A stretch of 64,000 nt of DNA from Convolutriloba macropyga. Lineage: Eukaryota. The position numbers were made by a program, and so were the translations under genes. The notes under the pieces were generated by a model that did no database searches, was not told where the DNA came from, and saw nothing but the letters and a program-made list of their open reading frames with translations. This document shows, in pieces, positions 50,475 through 60,357 of this stretch (within the stretch, counting starts at the first letter, position 1; the number at the start of each line of letters is the position of its first letter). The stretch covers positions 1,178,001 to 1,242,000 of the forward strand of contig NC_134474.1 in assembly GCF_964194025.1 (NCBI RefSeq). Reading direction: 5' to 3'.

Positions 50475-51719
50475 ATGGATTTTAATTTGGATACAACTTA
50501 TGGTTATAATAATGATATACATAAAAGTAAGATTATAAAATATAAACCTAATAATCTAGCAACAATGAATACGGTTAATACCAATGTTAATATCATACTC
50601 AATAGAGAAGAGAATCACTTAAATTTGCGTGATTCATATCTAGATATAGAGTTTGTTGTATCAGATGATGCTGGTGGTGTATTTGCTATTGATGCTAATA
50701 TCAGATTAGTTAATTATGGTATGATGGCATTGTTCAGTTCAATTAAGCTTGAAACTAGTGGTGGTTGGACAATTGAATATATAGATCATTGTCATCCTAA
50801 TCTATTGATGTATAAGTTATTAACTAGTACTGTTGATGAATATGAGAGTGGTTTTGTTAAAAATCAGGGCAATAGAGATAGTCAACTTAAAAGTGACCAT
50901 ATTGCTGCACAACGAGGACATTTGTATATGATGATTAAGATGAGTGATCTATTTGGTTTCGTAAATGATTTAGGAAAGATTATATATGGTTTAGGATTTA
51001 AACTATTATTAAAAAAGAATAATAATGATAGAGCTCTATATAGAGTTAATGCTAATCCTGGTGCAGTTGCTAATGATGGTAATATAGAAATTAGAGATAT
51101 ATCATGGTGTGTACCTAGTATTGATCCTAGTAATGATAATAGAATTATTGTACAAACGGGTTTAAGTAAAAGGAATAATGTAGACTTTAGTTATTATGAA
51201 AGAAAGACATTTTATAAGAATGTACCCAATGCTACTAACTTCTTGTTTGATCTTGGTATGGAAAGTGGTATGGAAAGACCGCAATATATAATAGTTGGTT
51301 TTGAAAATAATAATGTTAATGAACAAACTCATGATGCAAGTACATTTGATGTAATGAATGTTACTGAGTGTTATTGTAAGATTGGTAGTGAGTTTTATCC
51401 CGAGGATAGAATGAATATTAATTATGGAACCAATAATTATAATGAGGCTTTTAAAGAGATTGTTAGCTTTAATAAAGATTATAATGGGCTATCACATAAT
51501 ATAAAACCATATATAAATCACAGAACATTCAAAAGTAATTATAGAATATATGTATTCGATACTAGATATCAAAGGGATCATATAGGTCCACAACCAATAC
51601 AACTTAACTTTAAATTTAGTGCTGCAGTTGCAGATGTTATATGTCATGCATTAGTTTTAACTAAGAAGGTTATTAGTGTGAATAGTGATGGTAATAAGAT
51701 GGTAGACACAATATCATAG
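50475..51719 (+). CDS. Major capsid protein (414 aa, intact)
   Basis: LRDSYLDIEF, ALFSSIKL, SDLFGF, ISWCVP, ERPQYIIVGF, FYP, IYVFD; size and context fit a Polinton MCP. Confidence 0.85.
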   Translation: MDFNLDTTYGYNNDIHKSKIIKYKPNNLATMNTVNTNVNIILNREENHLNLRDSYLDIEFVVSDDAGGVFAIDANIRLVNYGMMALFSSIKLETSGGWTIEYIDHCHPNLLMYKLLTSTVDEYESGFVKNQGNRDSQLKSDHIAAQRGHLYMMIKMSDLFGFVNDLGKIIYGLGFKLLLKKNNNDRALYRVNANPGAVANDGNIEIRDISWCVPSIDPSNDNRIIVQTGLSKRNNVDFSYYERKTFYKNVPNATNFLFDLGMESGMERPQYIIVGFENNNVNEQTHDASTFDVMNVTECYCKIGSEFYPEDRMNINYGTNNYNEAFKEIVSFNKDYNGLSHNIKPYINHRTFKSNYRIYVFDTRYQRDHIGPQPIQLNFKFSAAVADVICHALVLTKKVISVNSDGNKMVDTIS

Positions 51720-51870
51720 ATATAATTTAAGTCATAGATATAATTTAAGTCATAGATATAATTTAAGTCATAGATATAACTCTAGCAATAATTATAATTT
51801 TAGATATAACTCTAGCGATAGTTATAATTTTAGATATAACTCTAGCGATAATTTATAATTATAGTATAAT
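51715..51870. repeat. Short tandem repeats (18-mer x3, 30-mer x3) downstream of MCP
   Basis: CATAGATATAATTTAAGT x3; TAGATATAACTCTAGC(A/G)ATA... x3. Confidence 0.8.
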
Positions 51871-51940
51871 ATAGTTATTGTTATAATTATATACTTATAC
51901 TTGTACATAACCATATACTTATACTTATATTTATAGCTAG

Positions 51941-52135
51941 TCAGCTCAAATTGTTTTTCTTGTTAATACCTAACTATTTCTTATTAGTATTAACAAAACC
52001 TTTAGCATAAATAATGTCTAATTTCTATTTATTCTCTAGAGCCAAGCCTCTAGCTTCAAGCTTAACCTTAGCCTTGGGCCTAACCTTAGGCTGAGGCTTA
52101 ATAACAACAAAGGGATTATACTTTTTAACTTCCAT
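51941..52135 (-). pseudogene. Small basic protein (64 codons, two in-frame stops), absent from the ORF track
   Basis: MEVKKYNPFVVIKPQPKVRPKAKVKLEARG..., preceded by TATATATAAAAAATAATG; back-to-back with 52154. Confidence 0.5.
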
Positions 52136-52153
52136 TATTTTTTATATATAGAA

Positions 52154-52573
52154 ATGGGTCTTTTAAATAATTTCAAAACTAATTCATATTGTGTTGGAGG
52201 TAGACATTATAGTGGTACTGTTAATATAAGAGGAGCTATCACTTCAAAAGATACTAAAATGTTAAAAGGTAATTGTGTTTTATGTAGAAGGAATAAATCA
52301 ATGACAGTATCTGATGCAACAATAGAAGCAGAAGGACTTAAAGATTTCTTTCAAAGTGTTGGTAGGGCTACAGTTAACTTTGGAAAGAAGGTTGCCAATA
52401 ATCCAGTAAGAGCATTAGAAATAGCAAGTAAAATAGCAAGTGCAGCTGCAACTAGAAACCCTAGAGCAGCTTTATCAGCCACACCCGATTTAATAAAATT
52501 TGCAACTACTGGTGAAGGTATAAAAGTAGTACAAAAAGGAAGAGGGTTATACTTAGGTACAAAGAAAAGATAA
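52154..52573 (+). CDS. Zinc-ribbon plus amphipathic-helix virion core/lytic-type protein
   Basis: MG start, YCVGGRH...GNCVLC, AEG|LKDFFQSVG amphipathic helix, KGRG|LYL tail. Confidence 0.7.
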   Translation: MGLLNNFKTNSYCVGGRHYSGTVNIRGAITSKDTKMLKGNCVLCRRNKSMTVSDATIEAEGLKDFFQSVGRATVNFGKKVANNPVRALEIASKIASAAATRNPRAALSATPDLIKFATTGEGIKVVQKGRGLYLGTKKR

Positions 52574-52763
52574 TTATTTGATTATAATTATGATTATTTT
52601 ATGTTTATGATTATGATTATGATTATATCCATGCTTATATCCATGATTATATTATGTTTATGATTATGATTATAGCTATGATTATGATTATATATTTATC
52701 GATAAATATTATTACTAATATTATTATTACTAAAAACATTGTTATTACTAAGCACTAATTTCT

Positions 52764-53330
52764 TTAATCTAAAAAAATACTCAGCTTGATTTTCTTATTC
52801 TTTTTATAATCCTCATAAAACTTAACAAATTCATTATACTCATCATTATCTATTTTATTATCATTCATTGATTTAGTATATAGTTTATTAAACTTATCAC
52901 TAAACTGTTTACTTAAAATATACATTTGTGAATACTTTATAATTTTATTTCTAATTTTAGTATTAATTGTTTTTGATAATGAACCACAAACAGTTGCTGT
53001 AGCAAAAGCTGTTGGTATAGAATAAGCTAATCCTATACCTGTTAATGAAACTGATGTTTTTGTTGCAGTTGTTGCTATTGATGATAATACTATTTCTGTT
53101 ATCTCAGCTATGTTAATATAATTTTTATATCTACTTAACTTCTTATTATAGTTATTAGTTTCAGTTTCATAATAATTTCTAATATCTTTTATAATGTTAA
53201 TACTGTTGGTAAATTTATTATTAGCTTGAATCTTTTCGTTTATCAATCTTTCTGATACTGATGACAAATCTGGATATAGAAATCTCTCACTCGGTGCTGT
53301 TGGATTGGTCATTGCTTTGCTTATTTTCAT
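52764..53330 (-). CDS. Membrane protein with PTAP and LYPDL late-domain motifs
   Basis: MTNPTAPSERFLYPDLS, coiled coil, hydrophobic hairpin, DNKIDNDEY EF-hand-like end. Start at 53330 or 53312. Confidence 0.75.
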   Translation of the reverse strand: MKISKAMTNPTAPSERFLYPDLSSVSERLINEKIQANNKFTNSINIIKDIRNYYETETNNYNKKLSRYKNYINIAEITEIVLSSIATTATKTSVSLTGIGLAYSIPTAFATATVCGSLSKTINTKIRNKIIKYSQMYILSKQFSDKFNKLYTKSMNDNKIDNDEYNEFVKFYEDYKKNKKIKLSIFLD

Positions 53331-53991
53331 TAGCAAAAGTTCTTTCTATTTCTTTCATTATATCTTCTTGATTAAAACAATAATGCATCTCAAGTCTATC
53401 TTTCTCTTTATTATCAAGTAACTTACTTTGTAAAAGTATAGCAATTATATATTGTACTATAACACCTCTAAGAGATTTATTGTATTCTTTCATTTCTCTC
53501 AGACCGTTAGTAAACATTTCATCTAGTTGTATGTTAGTGATATTCTGATTAAACTTATTATTATCAAATTCTTGCTTTAATTGATTATATTTAGAGATAG
53601 TATCTGCAGCAACTTTATTACAAAACTTAACAGTATTTCTGACTTCATTTTTTGATTCAATAAACTCATTAATTAGTTCTTCATTAACTTGTGTTTCATT
53701 TAGTTTTAATGTTTTAGTTGTAACTTTATCAAAGTCACCCTTTCTTAATTCAGTTATGTTTCTACTTAAAATGTCTATTTTATTAGAAGAGGATAATAAG
53801 TTATTGTCACAATACTCTTTATTAACAACAACTTTTTCATCTCTAGGAGGAAGAACATTTGTAATTTTATAGGTATCTTTCATATCAATATCATCATTAT
53901 CTTCTAGGAATAACCCACGAGCCTTACTTAGTATTAAGTTGTTTCCATTCCCTATATGAGGTTTCGCTTGGTTAAATCTATTTCTTGTCAT
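53287..53991 (-). CDS. Fibre/spike-like coiled-coil protein (234 aa)
   Basis: DMKDTYKITNVLPP....VVNKEYCD resembles the trimeric neck motif KIxNVxxPxxxxDAxNKxYVD, followed by heptads. Confidence 0.55.
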   Translation of the reverse strand: MTRNRFNQAKPHIGNGNNLILSKARGLFLEDNDDIDMKDTYKITNVLPPRDEKVVVNKEYCDNNLLSSSNKIDILSRNITELRKGDFDKVTTKTLKLNETQVNEELINEFIESKNEVRNTVKFCNKVAADTISKYNQLKQEFDNNKFNQNITNIQLDEMFTNGLREMKEYNKSLRGVIVQYIIAILLQSKLLDNKEKDRLEMHYCFNQEDIMKEIERTFANENKQSNDQSNSTE

Positions 53992-54025
53992 TATTTATAT
54001 TAAGAAAAAAATCCGGCTTGCCGGC

Positions 54026-55015
54026 TTAGGACCGTAGGTCTATATTTAATGATTCCAAAACCTTATTATTAGATTCAAAATCAAACTCGGATTTCAATAG
54101 TTCCCGTTCATAATATTTGCCTTCTATTATCTCTCCATTAATATCTTCTATTTCATATGTTGGTGGATGTGTTTTTAGAATTTCATTCACTTTAAACAAT
54201 TCTCTATTCCATTTAGAAGTGTAACCTTTAGAGAAGATATTACGTTTATCTACATTTCTAACATAATCACCAACTTTAAGTTTAGGTTTAATATTCTTAA
54301 AACTAAAAGTGTATTTAACTTTATCAGGATTATTAGAAGCATCAACTGGTGTCATATTAATTGTTGAGTGAATGTTATTGTTATATGTTACAACAGCTTC
54401 ATTTCATATATTTACCCAATTACCATCGCCCTTGATTAACATTGGTTTATTTATTATGTGTAATAATGTTCTATTAAATCTCTCTAAAAACACATCCTTT
54501 AAATCACTATAAGTAGAATATAGCTCTATCCCTGAAGCGGCTTTGCGGGTTCCATATTCTTTAAGTAAAGATTTAAATGTTTTATTGTAAAACTCACTAC
54601 CTCTATCTACCCATAACTTTTCTGGTTTTCTAGGTTCAGAGCCACCTTGTGGATGTTCACTAAATACTATTTTAAAACAATTAGTTATAGATAAACCAGA
54701 TTTATTCTATGAAGGAATAGCCCATGCATATTTTGTGATTATATCTATAACTGTTAATATAAGTTTATAATTATTGTTGTATTTACTTAGAGATGACTTA
54801 TCAATTAAATCAGCTGACCATGTTTCATCTTTATATAATGGTATTATTCTTTGTCTTCTAAACTTTGTTATTCGAGGACTGAATACTTTTTTAGCTAGTT
54901 GTTGTTGTTGTTGTTTTTCTATCGTTTTATTTATCGACATAGTCATCTGCGAACGAGCTCTGCTCGTGGCTAGCCAAGCAGGTTCCCTGATAGCTTCGCT
55001 CAGGGACGTAGTCAT
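54026..55015 (-). pseudogene. Retroviral-like (rve, DDE) integrase, frameshifted
   Basis: WSADLID, VIDIITKYAWA, LWVDRGSEFYN, ERFNRT, YNNNIHST, GDYVR...FSKGYT..W..ELF, GKYYEREL. Confidence 0.93.
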
Positions 55016-55023
55016 GGATTCTT

Positions 55024-55891
55024 CTATTTACCATAATTAAAAACAAAATTATCTAGTTGGTCTTGATTAATATAATTCATAGATAATAGTTGCTTAGATA
55101 TATCTAGCACTTCATCATGTAATCCATCATGACCAGCTTTTGTTTCTAGTATTAGTAATTCTAATCTTTCTAATAAATTATTTGGGTTGCCATGTAATCT
55201 TCTGCCAAATATATCATCTCTTACCTTTATTATACGTTTTATTGTTCTATATCTAGCGCTTTTCTTATCCCCTTTTCCTAAATCATATCTAATATCCTTT
55301 AAAAACCTTTTAATTTTGTTTTCATCTTCCTCAACCTTATCATCATATGATGCATTTGTTTTAGTAAGAAAATCAGTAAATCCTTCTGAAAACTCATATA
55401 AAATATCCCTAACTAAAAATGCACCCTGCTCTAGAGTTATATTAACACCATTCATTTTATATCTCCTACTAGGTAAATCTACGAGTTCTAATTTTAATTG
55501 AGGATTAGTTTGAGCCCCCATGAAGAAGTTTGGCTGTTTTTGTATCAACATAAACTGGTGCTATATCTTGTTGAGTCCCCTTTAACGTTTCACCAATCTT
55601 GGAAGCAGTTTCATTAAACTGGGAACCAGCTTGCTCGATCATCTTAGTTTGTTTATCTAACTCTTGATTTTGCAAATCTATTGCTCTTAATGTTTGTTCA
55701 CTTAATGCTAGATTCTGTTCATTGTTTGCGTTTATCTGCGAAGCAGTTTCACCGATAGTTTTGGTTAGAGGATCAAATAACTCTTCTATTTCACCATACT
55801 ATTCTTGTTGTTTTAATTTGTCTTCTAATCTATTTCTTCTGTTTTGTTTTTCTATATTATTTAATTCTATAGGTTTATCTAGTTTAGTCAT
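55024..55891 (-). pseudogene. Conserved Polinton coiled-coil protein with C-terminal PNxLxxRLxLLxxxxxAG motif
   Basis: MTKLDKP...ELFDPLTK coiled coil, a stop and a frameshift, then NPNNLLERLELLILETKAGHDGLHDE. Confidence 0.7.
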
Positions 55892-55927
55892 TTTATATAT
55901 ATTGAAAAATTATAATAAGAGTAAAAA

Positions 55928-56248
55928 ATGGATAATGAAAACAGCTTCTCTCTTAATCTAAAAAGATGTTTAGCTTGTAAAAGACGTTGTTATACTACAG
56001 ATGAGTTTAATGATCATATTAAGGAACCAAATCATGATGATTTAATAATTTCAACTTATTCTAAATATGTAGATGGGGCTAAGAAGATAATAAAATTTCT
56101 AGAATATAATAAAAATATAATAGCTGGAGCTACACTATATAAGAATACAATCATGGGAGACCTCAAGGAAAAATATATGGCTCAGATAATGATTTATAAT
56201 ATACTAACTACCAACCATATGGATGTAATGAATGAATTAGGTCTATAA
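55928..56248 (+). CDS. Small C2H2-like zinc-finger protein
   Basis: CLAC...FNDHIKEPNH; AAAAAATG start; convergent with pPolB. Confidence 0.65.
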   Translation: MDNENSFSLNLKRCLACKRRCYTTDEFNDHIKEPNHDDLIISTYSKYVDGAKKIIKFLEYNKNIIAGATLYKNTIMGDLKEKYMAQIMIYNILTTNHMDVMNELGL

Positions 56249-56264
56249 TTATTTGTTATAAAAA

Positions 56265-59200
56265 TTAGCAAAGCTCGTTATATAATATAATAGCAACTTC
56301 AATTAACTTTCTATCGTCATTAATGGTTAGTTCTAGAATATTATTAACCAGTAGGTCTTTGTCTTCATCTAATGATCTGCGAAGCAGTTTCACTGATGCT
56401 TGGTGGATCATTTTTATTAAATCTCTTTTGAATAGATATAGATTCTCATCATGAGGATAGCTTTTAATATTGTTTTCATAAAACCTTTTATCATCAAATA
56501 TATTTAAACTAATCTTACTTGTTTTTGTTGTTGTCATGTTATCGCCAACTTTTTGTATTCTACATTCATCTACTGTTCTCTGTGTATTATTCATTAATGC
56601 ATCATAATAATCTATGTGCCTAGCATTATCATGCTTCTTTATTCCTTTTTCTTTAGTGTTTTTAGGATAATTTTTGAAGCTATATGTTTTGGGGGACAAT
56701 GCTATAAAATCCTCAATAATCCTACTTCCCAGCTCGTGCTTAAACTTGCCGGGGACTTTATTATTAGTTTTTATAGGTATGTCTAGATTACTTAAGTCCA
56801 TATGCTCATCAATAACTTTACCTTCACTATAAATCAATACGAAACTGTCCGTATCCATATAGTGAAGTGTTAGATCTTTGAGGGATGGTTGTAGAATATT
56901 ATAGAATACATCATACATGTGTAATTTACTTAATTCTAAGATAGTAACACCTACATATACTGGAAAATCATATTCTATTTTTTTCTTTATATATTCTATT
57001 TGGCTATAATTTCTATATCTAGTTATATTCTTAAAAGTTGGTTTACTTACACTTTTCATTATCTTTTCTTCATCATGCAAAAACTTGCTTTGAAAGAAGT
57101 GTAGAGGATTCATGCACATTCTTCCATATAAAGAGTTATTCATTAATTTCCTTACATCTTTTTCTGCTTCAGTTTTAGCTGTCGCTCTTTTATTTGTATT
57201 GTTTTGTATATAATCGATACATATATAATCTTGTTTAAATTTAATTACTCTATGTTTTTTTGTTACTTTTACTCCCATCTTAACATAGAACTTTAACATC
57301 CTATAATGAACAATATATTCTGTTTTGTTGTTTTGGTCTAAAAATAATTTCTCGGACCTTGCTTTACTTTTCTCTCTTTGTCGGTATCCCAATTCATTAT
57401 CATTTATCTTTCTTTTATTAGGCATTAGTGCTAACCGTTCTGTTCTCTCTTTACATTCATTAGTATAATCAATATCACAAACTATATAGTAACCATGATC
57501 ACTATCATCTGGAGTATTCAATATTACATCGAGGAACCCGCTTGGCTTGCCACGGACGAAGTCCGTTCGTGGATCTAGAGTAGTAGTAGTAATAAACTCA
57601 AAATCCTTATAAGGTAACTTTTGCATCATTGCATAACCATATAGGTTGTTTGCGTCTATGTACCATATGGTCTTACCATCAATGTTATCTATATATCTAT
57701 CACCTATTATTCCGCATATACCACCTCTCTTTGCTCCAACAAAATCATCTAGCATTTGTTTATCTTGCAATGTATCCAATGTAACACCACTTGACATTAA
57801 CCAACAATCAAAACTATAACCTGGGAGACTTACATAATGTATTGAGTTGAGCTTGAATTCTTTCATACTTAGTTTAACATATTCATTCATGTAATAGTCT
57901 AATATTTCCACGTCATTCTGTAAATACTCTAAGTTAGATCTTTTCCAGTTTTATGAATGTTTTCATTATTAAAGTTATCCACTTCCTCTTGTGTTGGTAA
58001 TTTATTATGTAGAGAGGATTTAAAGTCTTCTCTCTTTAGATTACCTATAGCTTCTTGGTAGGTAGCTTTGCTACTATACGCCTCTAAACCAAAGTATTCA
58101 TATGGATATAATGTTTTAGTTTTACATCCGTATATCTTTGCCATTTGATCTAGAGGCATAGCTAAGAAGTTATAACTGTCTAAGAGTTCGAGACAACCAA
58201 TGCTAATTATCTTAGATTTACCAGCAGCTAGTGGAATGTTATCTACTTTTCTTTTATCATTATTCTGCCTAAAGAGTTCACTGTATAGTGGGTTGAAGTC
58301 AGAGCCAGAGCCATTATGGAATATTACTGGAATGAAGTTTTGTTGTTTGTACCTTAGATTACATATTTTACATGCTGGTCCTCTATATATACCAGTTTCA
58401 TGACAATGATCTCTTACTTTATTGATACATGTTTTGCTGCAGATGTGACAAGTGTTATTAGTTTCATGATATAATTTATCTTCTTCTGTGAATATCATAT
58501 TTTCATTATGTTTGAAAGTTTCTATTTCTAACAGATCTCCAGCAAATCTTTCGATGCAGCCTAGACCGAAGTAGTGTTTGAAGTTACCTTGCCAGGTGTA
58601 ACCCACAGCTATTGGAATATGTTCAGCTATTACATATTTTAAATCATTAGTTGAGACTTCAACAATGCAACATTCTATATCGGCAGTTATATTTTTTTAT
58701 ATTCTGACGTTTGTGTTCATTTACAAAATTAATGTTTTTTCTTAGGACAAACAATCTCTGGTTTGAATGAGGTGCTGCAGTCGTGTTTATCATATTTAAT
58801 TTGTGAGTTAAACCAATAGGTACACCTATCACAATAATAATATTTAATGTTGTTTTTATTTGGTCGTTCTAACAGGGTTTTTATATTTTTTATTAGGGCA
58901 CAGTGTTCTATTTGACCATTACTCCAAACTAGTATTCTTACATCTTTTCTATCTTTATTGAGATCATCCACTTGTTTAAACAGTTCTATTTTACCATTAC
59001 CACAAGGTGTGTATACCCAAATTTTAATATTATACAATTTCTGTATTCTTATTATATAAGCAAAATCATCTTCATGTTGTTGTCTTGTTTCAATTAGTTT
59101 ATCTACATATTTACTTTCTCGAGTTGCATGGTGTAGGGCGGGATGTAGCCAAGCAGTTATAGTTAGTCGTAAGCAATTGTATTTATAACTACGTATATTT

Positions 59201-59982
59201 AATGATTTAGAGTTTTTGAGATCTGGAGGTAAATCTATATAACTACCAATAGATGCTTTAGTTGGTTCAAAGTTTAACTGAATACTTCTTATTCCAAGAA
59301 ACTCAAAATCATAACCCTAACCTTCATATATTTCCTTTTCGAAATCTAGCCACCAATTGAAGTCACCATATTCATATATTGCATTATTATTAATATAATC
59401 AGTATTGAAAAATATTTTAGTAGTTTTAACTTCTTCTTTGGTTCTCTTCTTATAATCACATTCAGCCGTGATCTTATATTTAAAACTCTTAACTTTACGA
59501 AACTGGTAACAGTTTTTAATTTCTTCTAAAGAGTAATTAGTTGCTTCATCTATATCTTCAATGTAATTCCCACCTTTATCAGTAATGTAAAATTCTCTCA
59601 TGTTCTGACTTGAGTATATATCGAAGTCTTCTGTGTTTTCTAGATACATGCAATTGTGACTACATGAATGAGTAGTTAGAGCTACTTTGCTTCTAAATTT
59701 TTCATGACATTCTTTACATTCATACTTAATTCTGGTGTAGATATCCTCTTCAGTTTTAGTTTTAGGTTTGGTGGCTGGTTTAGTTTTTATATTATAATCA
59801 TCTTCATCCAAATTATACACCCTCTCCGAGATTTCCTCTTCTTCAGACTCAAACATTTTCTCCAATAGTTCCTTATGTTTGAGATCGTATGATTGATGCC
59901 TGTATAAAGCCTTCTTTGATTCAAAGGATAGATTACAGACATCACAGAAGTTTATGACACTAGTATTATTCGATTGAGACAT
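56265..59982 (-). pseudogene. Protein-primed DNA polymerase B with N-terminal C2H2 fingers and Endo VII/HNH-like insert
   Basis: CDVC/CKEC fingers, GSYIDLP, CHIC...VRDHCHETG.YRG.AC..CNL, LLDSYNFL, YPYEY, IDANNLYG, KLMNNSLYG, YMDTDS, PKTY, KGI, FDDKRF. Confidence 0.95.
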
Positions 59983-60027
59983 GATGTATTTTTTTAGGGA
60001 AATAATCAAAAAATAATTTTTCGAAAA

Positions 60028-60357
60028 ATGAAAATGAAATGTGATAAGTGTATAAATAAACCTTGGAAAGAATGTTGTAATAATTGTAAAGAATTAGAAT
60101 ATTCTTGTTCTGTATGTAAAAATATGGTTAAGGTTAAATATTATATAGAACATTTGGGATACCATTATTCTGATCCTGATCAATATCTAACGTGTAGTAT
60201 GTGTAATGTTTATAAACATATATCATTATATAGATTTAGAAATAGGAAATGTAGACTATGTTTTTATCTTCATAGATATAGATATGGTCACACTAGAAAT
60301 CAATTCGGAGAGCATGTTTATAAGTATAATATTCAAGAAGACATAGAAAAACACTAA
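60028..60357 (+). CDS. Small Cys-rich zinc-binding protein (109 aa)
   Basis: Five CxxC pairs; back-to-back with pPolB. Confidence 0.65.
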   Translation: MKMKCDKCINKPWKECCNNCKELEYSCSVCKNMVKVKYYIEHLGYHYSDPDQYLTCSMCNVYKHISLYRFRNRKCRLCFYLHRYRYGHTRNQFGEHVYKYNIQEDIEKH

